From positions 2,572,068 through 2,636,067 of the forward strand of contig OY969923.1 in NCBI GenBank assembly GCA_963704615.1: 64,000 nt of DNA, read 5' to 3'. Positions 61,509 to 64,000 of the stretch are shown here, one piece after another. The notes beneath the pieces are model-generated. The model was not told where the DNA came from and did not search any database. It saw nothing but the letters and a program-made list of their open reading frames with translations. Each line of letters starts with the position of its first letter. The first letter of the stretch is position 1. The position numbers and the translations under genes were made by a program. The DNA is from an uncultured Acidimicrobiaceae bacterium (GTDB lineage: Bacteria; Actinomycetota; Acidimicrobiia; Acidimicrobiales; RAAP-2).

Positions 61509-63509
61509 TCACCGCTGCCTCGCCGGAGTCAGGGTGCTCCGCTCGGTCATCGACCGAGGGCCACGCTGAGCGGAGAAGCCAGCCGCATTCGCGTACTCCT
61601 TCAGCCAAGCCCAGAACAGCTCGGCCGCCATCGGGCGGGCCAGGTAGTACCCCTGCACGCTGTCGCACCCCAGTTCCCGCAGTCGTTCCCAGGTGGCGAG
61701 GTCTTCGACTCCTTCGGCCACCGTCTGGAGGCCGAGGTTGCGAGCCAGGTCGACCACGGCACGCACGATGACCCCGTCCTCGGTTTCCGTCCCCAAGTCC
61801 TGGACGAAGGCTCGGTCGATCTTCAGCTCGTGCACCGGGAGGTCCCGCAGGTAGGCCAAGGACGAGTAGCCGGTGCCGAAGTCGTCGATGGACAAGGTGA
61901 CTCCCATGTCGGCCAACTCGATCAACACCCGACGGGCCCGTTTGGGGTCGGTCATGATGATCGTTTCGGTGATCTCCAGATGGAGCAAGTGGGGTGGGAC
62001 GTCCCAGCGGGCGAGCTCCTGGCTCACGGTGTCGATGAGCGAGGCGTCGAGCAGACTGCGAGTGGACAGGTTGACGGCCACCGACAGATCGGTGGGGTCC
62101 CCGGGACCGGCGGCGTCGATCCATCGACGGCATTGATGGAGGGCTTCGCCGAGAACCCACTCGGTCATCGGCTCGATCAACCCGGTCCGCTCGGCCTCGG
62201 AGATGAACCGGTCCGGATAGAGAAGTCCGAGAGTGGGGTGTTGCCATCGAACCAGCGCCTCCGCTCCGGTCACCCGACGTGATGCGATCGATGCCTTGGG
62301 TTGGAAGTGCAGGACGAACTGGTGCTGGGTCACGGCGTTCCGCAGATCGCCGAGCATGGCCATACGCGCCGGGGTGTTGACGTTCAGGTCCTCCGTGTAC
62401 ACGACCACGCTGGCTGGTGAGTCTTTGGCCACATACATAGCGACGTCGGCCCGCTGCAACAGGGCGTCGGCGCTCTCGCCGTCGGTCGGGGCCATCGAGA
62501 TCCCGCAGCTGGCCTCGATGCCGAGGGTGGTCCCTTCCACCTCGAAAGGCTCCTCCAAAGCGCCGATGATCCGTTCGGCCACCCGGACAGCTTCGCCCTC
62601 ACCGCCGATGTGGGGCAGGAGGACACAGAACTCGTCCCCTCCGAGGCGGGCCAGGGTGTCACCGGAGCGGAGGACGGTCTTCACCCTCGGGCCGACCTCG
62701 ATGAGGACCTGGTCCCCGTAGCGGTGACCCATGGTGTCGTTGATCTCCTTGAACCGGTCCAGATCGAACAACATCACGGCGCAGAAGCTGTCGGCGGCGG
62801 CTCCGGCCAAGGCGGTATCGGTCCTCTCATAAAAGAAGGCGCGGTTGGGAAGTCCGGTGAGCATGTCGTAGAGCGCTTGATGAGCCAGGAGCGCCTCCAC
62901 CTCCTCTTTTTTTGCTCCGGTCGCTCCTGCCATCCGGATGACCATGGCCAGAACGAAGGCGCCGAGGGCACCAACAGCTTCGGCCTGGCCACGGCCGAGG
63001 AAGGAGGGGGCCCACCCGATCCAGATCAGGGACTGGGCCACCATGATGGAGAGCAAGGTCCAGAACAGGACCGGTCGCCACAGACGGGAGCCCCACAGCT
63101 CGATCTCCTGGACGGCCACAAAGGCATAGGCCATACCCAGAGCCGGCCCCCATCCGCTCATGTAGATGACGACGGCGACGGCGGACACGTGGATGACCAG
63201 GCGGATGTGCCGCTTGAGCGACCCGGGAGGGGCGGCGTGCCAGGGCTCGACGAGCACCGAGAGCACGCCGGCGCCGGCGATGGCGGCCAGATAGGCCCAA
63301 ATGGGCAGACCGGCCACCAGACCGAAGTGCCGGAAGACGAGGAGGACGCCCAGAGCCAGAGGACCGACGACGTAACTCAACACCACCGGCGACAGGCTGG
63401 TGGACCTCTTAAACACCTCGGCGGCCGCCGGGGCGGGTTCCGGCGCAGGTTCCTCGACTGAGCGGGCCACCCGGATCCGATCCACGCCCTCAGATGGAGT
63501 GATTCCCAC
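61509..63509 (-). CDS. Membrane-bound GGDEF-EAL protein (5-6 N-terminal TM helices)
   Basis: Hydrophobic N-terminal ~190 aa. RSGD-TLARL-GGDEF, AEALVRWQHP, DDFGTGYSSLAYL, LKIDRAF, AEGVEDL and VQGYY are all present. Confidence 0.9.
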   Translation of the reverse strand: MGITPSEGVDRIRVARSVEEPAPEPAPAAAEVFKRSTSLSPVVLSYVVGPLALGVLLVFRHFGLVAGLPIWAYLAAIAGAGVLSVLVEPWHAAPPGSLKRHIRLVIHVSAVAVVIYMSGWGPALGMAYAFVAVQEIELWGSRLWRPVLFWTLLSIMVAQSLIWIGWAPSFLGRGQAEAVGALGAFVLAMVIRMAGATGAKKEEVEALLAHQALYDMLTGLPNRAFFYERTDTALAGAAADSFCAVMLFDLDRFKEINDTMGHRYGDQVLIEVGPRVKTVLRSGDTLARLGGDEFCVLLPHIGGEGEAVRVAERIIGALEEPFEVEGTTLGIEASCGISMAPTDGESADALLQRADVAMYVAKDSPASVVVYTEDLNVNTPARMAMLGDLRNAVTQHQFVLHFQPKASIASRRVTGAEALVRWQHPTLGLLYPDRFISEAERTGLIEPMTEWVLGEALHQCRRWIDAAGPGDPTDLSVAVNLSTRSLLDASLIDTVSQELARWDVPPHLLHLEITETIIMTDPKRARRVLIELADMGVTLSIDDFGTGYSSLAYLRDLPVHELKIDRAFVQDLGTETEDGVIVRAVVDLARNLGLQTVAEGVEDLATWERLRELGCDSVQGYYLARPMAAELFWAWLKEYANAAGFSAQRGPRSMTERSTLTPARQR

Positions 63510-63748
63510 ACCCGGTTATCGGCACTCCTCGAGGACTACTTGAGCAGCAAACGTAAGCCCGCCGCCGGAGAACTCCCTGGTGAGCACCAACTTTCCGCGC
63601 TGGGAGACCTCCCCGGTTCCGACGCTCCGTCCCCCCCGGATCGAGGTCGGTCCGGGGGTGGAGCGCCATCCGATCGAGGGCCCCGGAGCGATGAGCGCGG
63701 GGGCAGAACACCTAAGGTGAGGCGGTTCGGCCCACCGAGGGAGATCCA

Positions 63749-64000
63749 GTGAAGGCAGCGGTGTACTACGAGACAGGTGGTCCCGAGGTGTTCCGCTACG
63801 AGGAGGTCCCTGATCCGGTGATGGGCCCGGGCGACGTGCTGGTCCGGGTCGAGGCGGTCAGCATCGAGGGTGGTGACACCCTCAATCGGCTGGGGGGCGA
63901 TATCGCTCAGGTCCCCCACGTCGTGGGTTACCAGTGCGCGGGCACGGTGTTGGCCACCGGCGCGGATGTGACCCGCTTTGCCGAAGGTGACCGGGTGGTC
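63749..64000 (+). CDS. Zinc-type alcohol dehydrogenase / quinone oxidoreductase (MDR superfamily), 5' part only
   Basis: GTG follows GAGGGAG. MKAAVYYETGGPEVFRYEEVPDPVMGPGDVLVRVEAVSIEGGD...GYQCAGTVLATGADVTRFAEGDRV is a typical MDR N-terminal (GroES-like) domain. It runs off the window end. Confidence 0.8.
   Translation, partial: MKAAVYYETGGPEVFRYEEVPDPVMGPGDVLVRVEAVSIEGGDTLNRLGGDIAQVPHVVGYQCAGTVLATGADVTRFAEGDRVV

Overview
High-G+C, densely coding chromosomal window. It looks Actinomycetota-like, possibly Acidimicrobiia-type, but that is inference from gene content only. All calls come from reading the sequence and ORF translations. No searches were run, and family names rest on remembered motifs. 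Recognisable genes, in order: an ECF sigma / anti-sigma pair followed by a G1 (eqolisin-type) glutamic peptidase, tRNA-Cys, a GT4 glycosyltransferase, glnD, an L,D-transpeptidase, a crotonase, a SAM methyltransferase, a DUF4388 protein, rdgB-rph, mec-cysO-cysM, smpB plus tmRNA (ssrA), DUF302, an ArsR/SRPBCC pair, a family-5 uracil-DNA glycosylase, DUF1810, a PAS-GAF-PP2C phosphatase, a GH38 alpha-mannosidase, fhs, a PhyH dioxygenase, tRNA-Gly, a GH20 hexosaminidase, DUF1918, DUF2630, an acyl-CoA dehydrogenase, two SDRs, an esterase, an NlpC/P60 hydrolase, an MFS transporter, a Gfo/Idh/MocA oxidoreductase, an SPL-like PLP enzyme, two tandem GGDEF-EAL proteins and a partial quinone oxidoreductase. 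No rRNA, CRISPR array, integrase or transposase was seen. The most unusual region is 39.8-49.3 kb. Two paralogous ~1030-aa secreted repeat proteins (beta-helix-like 175-180-aa tandem units plus PKD and Ig-like domains) share a 654-bp, 99.5 % identical 3' module. They bracket a divergent pair made of an atypical receiver-domain protein and a polytopic membrane protein with no recognisable kinase motifs. Other points worth a second look: an apparent frameshift and a 30-bp coding tandem repeat in the anti-sigma gene; a CysO sulfur carrier with a 10-residue tail after its Gly-Gly; a tightly packed four-gene operon of small envelope proteins in visibly lower-GC DNA (37.4-39.1 kb); a 40-aa DGGVF-FGDA repeat family, once fused to NlpC/P60; a ydjC/chbG gene relic; several gene-poor A/T-richer gaps; and a few strong palindromes.
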